64,000 nt of DNA, taken from the IMG/VR virus record IMGVR_UViG_3300012000_000002, positions 1 through 64,000 of that record. One strand, 5' to 3'. Positions 49,846-58,415 of the stretch are shown here, in pieces (the stretch's first letter is position 1; each line of letters begins with the position of its first letter). The DNA is from a virus. The notes under the pieces are model-generated. The model was given only the letters and a program-made list of their open reading frames with translations, was not told the DNA's origin and did not search any database. Made by a program: the position numbers and the translations under genes.

Positions 49846-50136
49846 TTATTCCTTACTGTTTTTCAATGGATCTTTTTCGTTCAAAGCAGCGTAAATTGCT
49901 TTAGGGTTTGTAAAAATCAATTGACGCTTCTTGTTTGCAAACTTTTCTTTTTTTGCTGATTCTAAAATGCTTTTGATTCTTGGATCTTTGTTTTCCATCA
50001 TCACAATGATTTGAGAAAACAACTCTTGAAGCGAAACGCCGTTTTCAAATAACATTTTGCGACAAGCAATCAAAGATGCCTTGGGCAAAGCCAACCAAAG
50101 CCCTATTCTTGTTCGTTCCTCAAATTCTGATATCAA
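49846..50136 (-). CDS. Hypothetical protein
   Basis: GGAGG SD. Confidence 0.6.
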   Translation of the reverse strand: MISEFEERTRIGLWLALPKASLIACRKMLFENGVSLQELFSQIIVMMENKDPRIKSILESAKKEKFANKKRQLIFTNPKAIYAALNEKDPLKNSKE

Positions 50137-50141
50137 ACGTT

Positions 50142-50867
50142 TTATCCTCCCCCTCCTCCACCCGGAGCCCCACCACCATTATCAGGTCCAGAGTTTCCTG
50201 CCCTTGGTGCTGGTGGATATTCAGCTTGAACTTCGGATTGTGTTTTTGGTGTAAGATCGAAATCACGTTCCAAAATACTCATGAGTTCTTTAGCCAATCG
50301 TGGTGAATAGTTTTTTGCAATGTAATACATCGCTCTATTTAATATAATCGTTTTTGGATCGATTAATGTTTGATAATTGTTAACAAGTCTTGCTATACCT
50401 TCGGCAAACTTACGAATGTTGATTTTTGGTACAGGAGCAACAGGAGCTTCAGCACCGGGTTCCGGTGTTTCTCCCCCGCCCCCGCCACCAGAATCGTCTC
50501 CACCGGTATCCCCACCAGTATCTCCACCAGCAGGATCATCTTGTTCGAACAACCAACGATAAAGAGACGAACGTTTTCTATAACGTTCCGCTAAAGGAAC
50601 AGGTTGTTCTGCGGCTTGTTGTCTTGCTTCTGGGCCAAGTTTATCTTCGTCGCTTGCATCCAAAGGTACAGCTTCTTTTTCATATTGAAGAAGATAACTG
50701 TCAATCTTTTGATCAACAGACGCATCTTTTTCTGTCATTGAATCAGATGAATCTGGAGTTGTTAATAGTCTTTCTTGTGGAGGAACGTATGGTGGACCCT
50801 TGCTTTCCTCATCTTGTTCACGAACAAGTTTAAACTCGTTTAATCTTTGACGTTTGGAATAAAGCAT
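50142..50867 (-). CDS. Acidic Gly/Pro-rich probable prohead core/internal protein
   Basis: Several hydrophobic-x-E sites including YRWLFEQD; GGDT low-complexity repeats. Confidence 0.5.
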   Translation of the reverse strand: MLYSKRQRLNEFKLVREQDEESKGPPYVPPQERLLTTPDSSDSMTEKDASVDQKIDSYLLQYEKEAVPLDASDEDKLGPEARQQAAEQPVPLAERYRKRSSLYRWLFEQDDPAGGDTGGDTGGDDSGGGGGGETPEPGAEAPVAPVPKINIRKFAEGIARLVNNYQTLIDPKTIILNRAMYYIAKNYSPRLAKELMSILERDFDLTPKTQSEVQAEYPPAPRAGNSGPDNGGGAPGGGGGG

Positions 50868-51709
50868 CAGCGACCTCCAAGAACTTCAACAGGTGGCATT
50901 GCTTCTGGTAAAGCAACTCCACGTTCTTTATCGTTTGATATAATAGGTTGAATTGCGTAAATCTGATTAAGCTTTGCCATTTCTGCCGCAAGCATTCTCA
51001 TCTCAACCACATTCCAGTTAATCTCACGCATTGACTTGTTAAGATATTCCATCTTCTCACCGGGATAATCATAGAACCAAGCATGATGCCATGTGTCCAC
51101 AACAAGAACAGGAATGCACATAAGAGGAAGATTGATTGTGTGACCTTCGATAAAACAGTTAAAATATTGTTGTTTAAAAGGATCAAAGTAACAGATTGCC
51201 CAACCTTCTCTCGCTGACATACCGCAAGCACGGAAGTCTAATTGCCAAGCATCAAAGGTTCCCCAATCTCTTGACAGTCGCATAAATGGTGTGCTATCAG
51301 CACGAATCTCTGAATTAACATCTCCAGAGTTGGTGAAGTATAACTCATGCAACTTAACACCATTCATGTTATGAACTTCATCTTGTTTTAATCTGCGAAA
51401 CTCTGAGTTGTTATTGTTGTCAGCATCTGCTCTTGGAACCGTATCAAGCTTGCTGGATATCTTGTTGAAGCTATCGACATAGTTCTTGTAAAGCTTTTCA
51501 TGGTTTTCTTTTGTGGTTGGAGATTGTACTTCACCTTTCATTGAAAAGGTGCGTGGCATGATTATAACAGCTTCTTGTAAAATCTTTTTACCAGCCGCAA
51601 CAACTTGTTTAAACGCAGGCTTTTCCAATACACCACTGTTCGATAACACATTACCAACAGCTTCTTGAATAACTTTTTGCAAACGTTCTTTGTCAATCAT
51701 TTTTGTCAT
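50867..51709 (-). CDS. Fe/Mn superoxide dismutase-like protein (SodF/ChrC type)
   Basis: HEKLYKNYV, NGVKLHELYF, GWAI, VDTWHHAWFYDY; the four metal-ligand positions (H, H, D, H) are present. Confidence 0.75.
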   Translation of the reverse strand: MTKMIDKERLQKVIQEAVGNVLSNSGVLEKPAFKQVVAAGKKILQEAVIIMPRTFSMKGEVQSPTTKENHEKLYKNYVDSFNKISSKLDTVPRADADNNNNSEFRRLKQDEVHNMNGVKLHELYFTNSGDVNSEIRADSTPFMRLSRDWGTFDAWQLDFRACGMSAREGWAICYFDPFKQQYFNCFIEGHTINLPLMCIPVLVVDTWHHAWFYDYPGEKMEYLNKSMREINWNVVEMRMLAAEMAKLNQIYAIQPIISNDKERGVALPEAMPPVEVLGGR

Positions 51710-51740
51710 GTGATTATACCTTTGCTCATAAGTATAGAAC

Positions 51741-51965
51741 TTATGGGGTTATCTTATATTCCATTCGATCTTCTTGCGGAAACGTTGAATCCCAATCATC
51801 TTCCGGTGAATCTATATCTAAATCCATCGTGTCAACGATATTCAAAAACCCTGCATCTTCAGCATCTACACCTGTTCTAGAAACTCTTCTTGGATCGTTT
51901 CCTAATGTTGGTATAGCACTTTGAGCCGATGGTCCCGTTTCAAATAACACATCAAATAACTTCAT
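51741..51965 (-). CDS. Small acidic protein with head-type leader
   Basis: MKLFDVLFE; TATTTA 5 nt before the ATG. Confidence 0.6.
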   Translation of the reverse strand: MKLFDVLFETGPSAQSAIPTLGNDPRRVSRTGVDAEDAGFLNIVDTMDLDIDSPEDDWDSTFPQEDRMEYKITP

Positions 51966-52059
51966 ATTCTTAAATATGATTACTTCCTTCTATTGGTTAT
52001 GTTCCACAACCATACATAATCCTTTTAACATCTTCATAACAAAAAGCCATCATAATACC

Positions 52060-52323
52060 ATGAGCAAAGTTAAAGTATCACCAAACTATTGGCACAAAAT
52101 CATTGAGTATTATCACAACGTTTTAAACGAAACGTTTTTAAACCAGCCTTTGACTCCTGTAACACAACACTACATGAAACAAAAGTTCGAAGCCGCTGTT
52201 AATGCCGCCAAAAGAAGGGAAACACATCCTGCTTGGCATATCCCGTTAACCTTAAGCTTTGATCTTCCAAGACATCAAGTTATCATTGAAGCTTCTGATC
52301 CGTCATCCATCGATTTCATCTAG
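52060..52323 (+). CDS. Hypothetical protein
   Basis: Start placed at MSKVKVSP. Confidence 0.55.
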   Translation: MSKVKVSPNYWHKIIEYYHNVLNETFLNQPLTPVTQHYMKQKFEAAVNAAKRRETHPAWHIPLTLSFDLPRHQVIIEASDPSSIDFI

Positions 52324-52346
52324 CATTTTAACCAAGAAAAATAATC

Positions 52347-52375
52347 TTTAGAATATCGAAACAATATGGTATTCT
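52347..52375 (+). promoter_or_regulatory. Early promoter
   Basis: A-tract + TTTAGA-N17-TATTCT (TGg extended). Confidence 0.75.
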
Positions 52376-52398
52376 GTTTAGAGACAGGAAACCAAACG

Positions 52399-52713
52399 AT
52401 GCAATACAAAAACAACGGGCAGGATATCATGAACAAGTGGATTGGTTGGGTGACCGATTCACAAGGTTATATGGTGTTCTTTGTTCCTCCTACCACTCAA
52501 CCTTGGGCAAAACGCAAGGTGCATGGTTTCTTCACGGAAAACCACAAAGAAGCTACATATATCAACGTTGGTTATGCTCTTCGCACGGTATTGCATTCTC
52601 GCAATATTGATGATGATTGGTTTCGTAAGCTTCTAGCTGGCGATAAGCAAAAGCTTCAAGAGCTTTTGGAAATGGGCTTGAATATGGGGATCGTCGGGCA
52701 AACTCCAATCTGA
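52399..52713 (+). CDS. Early hypothetical protein
   Basis: AGGA SD before MQYKNN. Confidence 0.6.
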   Translation: MQYKNNGQDIMNKWIGWVTDSQGYMVFFVPPTTQPWAKRKVHGFFTENHKEATYINVGYALRTVLHSRNIDDDWFRKLLAGDKQKLQELLEMGLNMGIVGQTPI

Positions 52714-52723
52714 AAGCAAAATC

Positions 52724-52843
52724 ATGTTTGATTTAATTGACAAGCTTTTTTCCGTTTACCTTGCGTGGCTTTGGTTTAAAGTTATTGCGATTCTTGTGGG
52801 AATTGCTGGTTTGTTTTTGTTTGCTGCTTGGCTATCAAGCTAA
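52724..52843 (+). CDS. 39-aa membrane peptide (not in the ORF track)
   Basis: MFDLIDKLFSVYLAWLWFKVIAILVGIAGLFLFAAWLSS fills the gap between two early genes. Confidence 0.55.
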   Translation: MFDLIDKLFSVYLAWLWFKVIAILVGIAGLFLFAAWLSS

Positions 52844-52849
52844 ACACAT

Positions 52850-53071
52850 ATGAATATCGAAAAAGTGCTTGCTGTATATCGTCAAGAAAACGGCAACGCA
52901 GGAAACAATATTTCTCACGTTAGAGATTTAATCATTGATTTGTTGCATTACGTTGATGCGACCAATCAAGGTATAAGCAGCTACGAACTCTTGGAAATCG
53001 TACAAGATATGTTTACAGAAGAAAAAGTAGAATATTCCGAAAATGCGTCGGAAAATCAATGTGTGGAGTAA
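52850..53071 (+). CDS. Early hypothetical protein
   Basis: 73-aa ORF in the early operon. Confidence 0.55.
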   Translation: MNIEKVLAVYRQENGNAGNNISHVRDLIIDLLHYVDATNQGISSYELLEIVQDMFTEEKVEYSENASENQCVE

Positions 53072-53119
53072 ACAAAGAAACCCCCAAATTTCCAGCAAAA
53101 AATAAAAAGAAAAATAATC

Positions 53120-53148
53120 TTTAGAAAATCGTCAACGTCTGATATTCT
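53120..53148 (+). promoter_or_regulatory. Early promoter, leaderless
   Basis: AAAATAATC-TTTAGA-N17-TATTCT; ATG 6 nt downstream. Confidence 0.78.
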
Positions 53149-53154
53149 AAGACC

Positions 53155-53523
53155 ATGAAGAACGAAGCAAGCAACGGTTACTGGAACAACACGCATCCTC
53201 GGGCTTTCGAGAATATGATCGTGCTGGTTAAGCCATACGCACATTATGTTTCGTGTCCCTTGTGTAAGGGTCATGGTGCTTGGCATCTTGCCCACTATCC
53301 TCACACTCGTAACGGAGTTTATGCGTACTTTGACGCTAGTTGCTCGCAATGCAACGGATGGGGATACATCGATCCTAACAGCATGGATGCGAAGTGTATG
53401 CACTCGTGGCGAGAGCTTTCCAGCGATGACGCTCGAAAGCGTGGGCTGCGTACCGCTAGGTGGTGGCATAACTTTGCTTGCAAGCACTGTAACACGGTTA
53501 TGGCTACCGATTCTTCCGATTGA
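53155..53523 (+). CDS. Early Zn-finger protein (DnaJ-type CxxCxGxG pairs)
   Basis: CPLCKGHG, CSQCNGWG, CxH, CKHC. Confidence 0.65.
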   Translation: MKNEASNGYWNNTHPRAFENMIVLVKPYAHYVSCPLCKGHGAWHLAHYPHTRNGVYAYFDASCSQCNGWGYIDPNSMDAKCMHSWRELSSDDARKRGLRTARWWHNFACKHCNTVMATDSSD

Positions 53524-53530
53524 ATATTGC

Positions 53531-53560
53531 TTTAGAAAAGCAATATCGATATGCTAGAGT
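53531..53560 (+). promoter_or_regulatory. Early promoter, leaderless
   Basis: TTTAGA-N18-TAGAGT (TGc extended); ATG 6 nt downstream. Confidence 0.65.
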
Positions 53561-53566
53561 AAGAAC

Positions 53567-53830
53567 ATGGCAAAGGTGATTAGACATAGGATTCCAAAGG
53601 TTCCCGACACCGATCTTGGCACAATTACGTTCAAGAACGATTATGAATGTATCGTGTTCGGAACCAAGTTTAATGCCGGTCAAACGGTTAAGGTTGGCAA
53701 GTCAATGCTTACTCCGTTTGGTGAGGCATACTACAAGGTGATGAATACAAAGGTTTGGGTAACTGCCAAAGAAGTTACTGATATCAACGTAAACATGGGC
53801 CAGCGTCGAACGTATCGTTCGGTGCTATAA
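53567..53830 (+). CDS. Early hypothetical basic protein
   Basis: 87-aa ORF directly after the promoter. Confidence 0.6.
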   Translation: MAKVIRHRIPKVPDTDLGTITFKNDYECIVFGTKFNAGQTVKVGKSMLTPFGEAYYKVMNTKVWVTAKEVTDINVNMGQRRTYRSVL

Positions 53831-53889
53831 CAATCAACCACTAACAATAAACCGTTTTCAACAACAAAGTTTTCAAAGGTAGGTACATC

Positions 53890-54570
53890 ATGGATAAGCA
53901 CATTCTTCACTCGGTTCTGGAGACTCTCTCCGCTGGTATGACTGCTACTATTAACTTCAACGAGCCTTTCACCGATCTTTCTGGTGATTACACGATTCTT
54001 GCGTCCAAGGTTGGTCGTGGTCGTGGTGGTTCTCGTGTTATCGAGATTGCGCCGGTAAGCAATCCTGACGATGCGTTTGGTGCGCTGGAGATTGACGGGG
54101 TTGAAAAGGCTCTGGGTACTGGTACGTCTCAATACATTGCAACGATGATTATTGATGGCAAGACCTTCGGTATGGAAGATCCGATTGAGGCGTCTCGTAA
54201 GACGGGTGTTCGTCGCCCTCGTAATGCTGGCACCGATGGGCAGTCTGCTGCTCCAGTAACCGCTCGTCAGCGTGAAGCTAGCAAGCGTGCTCGGGTAAGC
54301 AGCGATATCGCTCAAGGTCAGCGAGTTGCCAAGGCTCTTGGCGATATTCTCACCGAGAATGCTGCAACGAATTTCAAGCTTGTTGCCAAGGATCGTACTT
54401 CTCCGATGAATGGTGAATGGAAGGTTGTATCGTTTGAGTATACTGATTCAAACCTGATGATGCATCTTGTTGATCTTGACAATCCGGGGCGAACGTTTGA
54501 GTTTGATTCAATCGTTCACGGTGTTGATGTTCGTGATGTTCAAGTGATTGGAATTGAATCGGCTAGCTGA
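53890..54570 (+). CDS. Early hypothetical protein with Arg-rich central linker
   Basis: AGGT SD; GC-richer, strongly biased codons. Confidence 0.65.
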   Translation: MDKHILHSVLETLSAGMTATINFNEPFTDLSGDYTILASKVGRGRGGSRVIEIAPVSNPDDAFGALEIDGVEKALGTGTSQYIATMIIDGKTFGMEDPIEASRKTGVRRPRNAGTDGQSAAPVTARQREASKRARVSSDIAQGQRVAKALGDILTENAATNFKLVAKDRTSPMNGEWKVVSFEYTDSNLMMHLVDLDNPGRTFEFDSIVHGVDVRDVQVIGIESAS

Positions 54571-55230
54571 TTAATCCAACATCCCCTTAAGCAAAGTTTT
54601 CATACGTTGCTTTAACGCTAGCTTCTCAGGGGTCAATTCAACAACATTAACGGGCTCCGGTATCTTAACTGATATCGGAGCTTCTTGTTTTTGTGGTGTT
54701 GCAAACAAAGCTTGTTTTACAAATTCTTCATCTAAAGCTTTTGCAATTTCTTCTAGCTTGGTTTTCTTTTGTTCGGCTATGGTTATAGGAGCTATAACAG
54801 CCAACACATCTTCAATATCATCGTCTGCCTTAGAATCGTCATTTAAAGACTGTTCTAAGGCTTCTGAATCATTAACGTCCTCTTCTTCATCTTCCAAGTT
54901 TTCGGGCTCTGTTAAGCCTTCTAAATCGATTGTGCAACGAGAAATGACGGGAGTAAGAAGTTGGTCTTCCAAAGCAAGTTCAGCCTTTAGAATATAAGTT
55001 TTCGAAGGGTTAAAAATGCAAAGTTGTTCTGGGAGATTGAATGATATTTCTTTGTTTGTTTTTAACTCAGCAGGAAGCACTATACCAAAATCGTGTTCAT
55101 CTTGAATTATTACACGGCAAGTATATACAGCATCATCTAAAAGCGAAGACAAGCTTTCATGAAAAGCTTCTTCCACAGATAACAAAGTTAAATTGTTTGG
55201 TTTGATTGATAAAACAGAAAGCTCTTCCAT
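54571..55230 (-). CDS. Acidic hypothetical protein
   Basis: 219-aa ORF in the minus-strand operon. Confidence 0.6.
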   Translation of the reverse strand: MEELSVLSIKPNNLTLLSVEEAFHESLSSLLDDAVYTCRVIIQDEHDFGIVLPAELKTNKEISFNLPEQLCIFNPSKTYILKAELALEDQLLTPVISRCTIDLEGLTEPENLEDEEEDVNDSEALEQSLNDDSKADDDIEDVLAVIAPITIAEQKKTKLEEIAKALDEEFVKQALFATPQKQEAPISVKIPEPVNVVELTPEKLALKQRMKTLLKGMLD

Positions 55231-55231
55231 A

Positions 55232-56026
55232 TTAGCCTTTTAAGATTCCACGGCCATTGTGATTTGGATAATAGTTTTGTTGTGGATGTTGGCGGGCGTC
55301 GGTAATCATTTGTCTACCATTGCCATATGGACCGGGAGCAACAACAGCTTCCCGTGGTACAAGCAACGGTCCAAGAGAAGCCATTGGTGGTGCATGTACT
55401 TCAACCAATGAAGAAAGTAAATGTGGATTACGTTGAATCTCATTAATGTTAACTTGCGTTTGATGTTGAGGAACAACATAAGCTTGGATTAATCCCTTCA
55501 TAAGAAAGGGTTGATTAGCTAATTGGTTGTTAACAACTCCAACTTCTCTTGCAAGAATAAATGCATTTCCAAAAGCTTGTTGAATTGCACGATACACTGG
55601 ATATCCTTCACGCAAAACAACTTGTTGAGGATTTTGTTGTGGTTGTTGATGATGACCGGGAAGAGGTTGTTGTGGTGCAGCTTGTCTTCCTTTGTTGAAG
55701 ATCATATCTAAGTCTGCTTCACCCACAGGATTCACTCCACCAGTTTGTTGAAGTAGTTGTTGTTGACGAGCAAAGGCTTCCATATCAACGTTGGTTTTTA
55801 CTTCTTTTTCTAGGGGGATAGGGCCATAATGAGGTTGTTGCGCTCGTTTAGCAACAAGATCACGAATATAAGGATCATGAATTTCAGCTTCTTTTGCCGA
55901 TTGATCTTTATAAGTTACACGTTGGTCTAATGGATTGGTATTGCGTTGATTGTGACGTTGTTGAGCACGCATACGCATTTGTGCGTCAAACCAAGCTTGG
56001 CTACCGTCATCGTACTTGTTGGACAT
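55232..56026 (-). CDS. Gln/Pro-rich hypothetical protein
   Basis: GGAG SD; low-complexity Q-rich segments. Confidence 0.6.
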   Translation of the reverse strand: MSNKYDDGSQAWFDAQMRMRAQQRHNQRNTNPLDQRVTYKDQSAKEAEIHDPYIRDLVAKRAQQPHYGPIPLEKEVKTNVDMEAFARQQQLLQQTGGVNPVGEADLDMIFNKGRQAAPQQPLPGHHQQPQQNPQQVVLREGYPVYRAIQQAFGNAFILAREVGVVNNQLANQPFLMKGLIQAYVVPQHQTQVNINEIQRNPHLLSSLVEVHAPPMASLGPLLVPREAVVAPGPYGNGRQMITDARQHPQQNYYPNHNGRGILKG

Positions 56027-56061
56027 TTATATTCTCCAACCAAAGAGGATAAGAGATTATA

Positions 56062-56358
56062 TCAAACTTTTACAAAACCTCGACGCACAAGAAGACGTTC
56101 AAGTAGCACTTCATCAGATGTGGATACATCAAATTGTAGATGTGCATAGCTGCTATCGATATCTTCTTTGATAACCTTTGCATGTGGCAAGGTTGAGCGA
56201 AGTTCTTGTTGAACAGATATAAACTCACGACGAATGTCTTCACGTTTGCAAAATTTTGGATATTGTTTCACAAACATATTGCTTTGACCTTTGCCGCTAA
56301 TAGCAGGTTGTTCTGAACGTTCGTGGAACTCGCTTTGTAATGGAACTGCGTATCTCAT
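56062..56358 (-). CDS. Hypothetical protein
   Basis: AGGAG SD. Confidence 0.6.
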   Translation of the reverse strand: MRYAVPLQSEFHERSEQPAISGKGQSNMFVKQYPKFCKREDIRREFISVQQELRSTLPHAKVIKEDIDSSYAHLQFDVSTSDEVLLERLLVRRGFVKV

Positions 56359-56401
56359 TGTTTAACTCCTATCGACTAACCTAGTCGATTGATGATTCTC
56401 C

Positions 56402-56914
56402 TCACTCATAAAGAGTATCATCAGTATCTTCTTCTAAATAGCTTTCCGATTTAACTTTTGCTTTTTTTGTGTTGGCCACAAATTGTTTGCGGCCACCTTT
56501 TGATTTGCTTTTCTTTTTCTTTGCTGTAGCAGCTCGTTCTTTTTTAGACAGGGAATAAGCCTTAGAAGCAGGAAGACAACGATCTGGATTGCTGGTATCT
56601 TTACTTGAACCGCATTCACCTTTCACTTCTCCAGAAGAGCTTATGCGTTTCCATTTTTCCTTAAACCAATCACGTAAGTCTTCCATAATGATTTCTTTAA
56701 GAGCTTCATTTAACTCTAAAGATTCATTAGCTTTCTTTTTTTTCTTTCTCCAACCGCCACCTTTGCTTTTATACCATTTAGAAGCCCACGCATTAGCATA
56801 AGCACTGGGGTATTTAGTGAATTTACTTCTGGCAGCAGCTTTTGCTCTTGACCATAGCTCGGGATTTGTTGGTGCATTCTCGCCTTCAAAAAGAATATCG
56901 TCGTCGTCTTCCAT
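56402..56914 (-). CDS. Basic protein with two conserved phage motifs (DUF5872-like, tentative)
   Basis: KYPSAYANAWASKWYKSKGGGW and LRDWFKEKW...CG...CLP. Confidence 0.45.
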   Translation of the reverse strand: MEDDDDILFEGENAPTNPELWSRAKAAARSKFTKYPSAYANAWASKWYKSKGGGWRKKKKKANESLELNEALKEIIMEDLRDWFKEKWKRISSSGEVKGECGSSKDTSNPDRCLPASKAYSLSKKERAATAKKKKSKSKGGRKQFVANTKKAKVKSESYLEEDTDDTLYE

Positions 56915-56993
56915 ATTGCTTAAGTATAGAAGCTAACGCTTTATTGATATTGTTGCAAAAAATAACATACCCAACAATATCAAAACCACAAAA

Positions 56994-57314
56994 TCAAGAT
57001 ATATTGGTATTAACTCTTTCAAAAGAAGCATATCCATCATCTAACACATAAAGTATTTGATCTTCAACCAACAACTTAAAATATACAGCTTGTTCAATAA
57101 TTGGTTGCAATTTAAAATGCATTATGCTGGTAACGAATTGTTCTAAATAAACAACCAATGTACCGTTAACAATGGTTACACCAGCGTCTTCAACATCATG
57201 ATATGGATCTTTTGTTGCAAAAACAAAAGTGCTAAAAGGTGCAATAACAGCATCTTCTTCATATCTTAAAGAAGAGTAAATTATATAAAGTTTTCCACGT
57301 TCAAGCTCTTTCAT
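56994..57314 (-). CDS. Hypothetical protein
   Basis: Start placed at MKELERG. Confidence 0.5.
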   Translation of the reverse strand: MKELERGKLYIIYSSLRYEEDAVIAPFSTFVFATKDPYHDVEDAGVTIVNGTLVVYLEQFVTSIMHFKLQPIIEQAVYFKLLVEDQILYVLDDGYASFERVNTNIS

Positions 57315-57372
57315 GTTAACTTGTAAAATAGCTTTGTAATGATTTATGCTTAAGCATAACAAGGATAACTAT

Positions 57373-57738
57373 ATGACAACAAACAACCAAAACAATTCTG
57401 AAGAACAACAAGCTGCAAAAAGCTTTGTAAGTTTTTTCTATAACTTGATAGCTTTTGCTGGTGCTGGACTTATTGTTAAGCTAGCTTGGAATTTGGGCAT
57501 AGCTTCTTTGTTTCCCGGCAAGATACCGGTAATCAATTATATTCATGCTATGACATGGCTTACCATGCTTTATATCGCAGCAAGAACTATTGCGGCTGGA
57601 TTTATGTCTGAGGTAGAAAAAACTGTTTCAAACCTTGTTGATCAATTCGAAGGTTTTATAAAAACAGCTCAAGAATATTTCGATGTTGCTAGCTCAAAAA
57701 CTGCTGGCGATAACAACGATCATTCCAACTTGAATTAG
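57373..57738 (+). CDS. Two-TM membrane protein
   Basis: AGGA SD; two hydrophobic segments. Confidence 0.6.
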   Translation: MTTNNQNNSEEQQAAKSFVSFFYNLIAFAGAGLIVKLAWNLGIASLFPGKIPVINYIHAMTWLTMLYIAARTIAAGFMSEVEKTVSNLVDQFEGFIKTAQEYFDVASSKTAGDNNDHSNLN

Positions 57739-58043
57739 CCGATAAGATAACGTAGGCGTAGAATGTTTCCAATGCCATTACGTGTTTCTCTTAAATAACC
57801 AACAAGACTTAAAATCACACGGCGACGTTCTGTTGCTGCCGTGTTATGAAAATAGTTTTCACGAAGAAGTGTTTCACCTTCTTCTGCAAGTTCATCAGCA
57901 CTAGCAAAAGTTTCATTCAAAAACTTTTCTACCTTTTTGTTGTATTCGGATAATCCACCTTCTCCACCAGAAAGAAGGATGGAATCAACATCTAGTGCTT
58001 CTTTGATTGCAGCTTTAAGTTGGTTGCGAAGTTTATTGTTCAT
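57735..58043 (-). CDS. Hypothetical late protein
   Basis: AGGT SD; TACTTA upstream. Confidence 0.55.
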   Translation of the reverse strand: MNNKLRNQLKAAIKEALDVDSILLSGGEGGLSEYNKKVEKFLNETFASADELAEEGETLLRENYFHNTAATERRRVILSLVGYLRETRNGIGNILRLRYLIG

Positions 58044-58088
58044 AGCCAATACCTTTTGTGATAAGTAGTGGCATATATCGATTTTAAA

Positions 58089-58415
58089 CTATTTTCGCAA
58101 CACTAGCGGATTGTCTTTGGGATGAATCTTCCAATATTGTTCTTCTAATGGAGGTGGTTCTCCCTTGCGAAAGAACATTAATTGGCGGCCATTTGCTTTG
58201 GTGCTGGGATACACACCTATGATAACAATGTCGCCGGTATGAACAAGGCTATGACAAATAGCACAAAGGACAGCCAAGTTGTTCAAGTTATTTGAACAAC
58301 GAGAATCTGCCCTTGGGATTATATGATGAATATGAAGAGCGTCGGGATTGTTGTAACTGCAAACTTCGCAAGAAACCTTTTTCAAGGTTTCACCTGTGCG
58401 CTTCTTACGTTGCAT
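58089..58415 (-). CDS. Minimal HNH endonuclease
   Basis: CEVC...HIHHIIP....SNNLNNLAVLCAICHSLVH. Confidence 0.88.
   Translation of the reverse strand: MQRKKRTGETLKKVSCEVCSYNNPDALHIHHIIPRADSRCSNNLNNLAVLCAICHSLVHTGDIVIIGVYPSTKANGRQLMFFRKGEPPPLEEQYWKIHPKDNPLVLRK

Noticed and set aside
53731-54315. 194-aa antisense ORF over the early genes
   Set aside because: Shadow of codon-biased plus-strand genes; no independent signals
56371-56389. Hairpin ATCGACTA-acc-TAGTCGAT before gene 56358 as another RBS gate
   Set aside because: The AGGAG SD lies just outside the stem and the loop has no clear promoter hexamer
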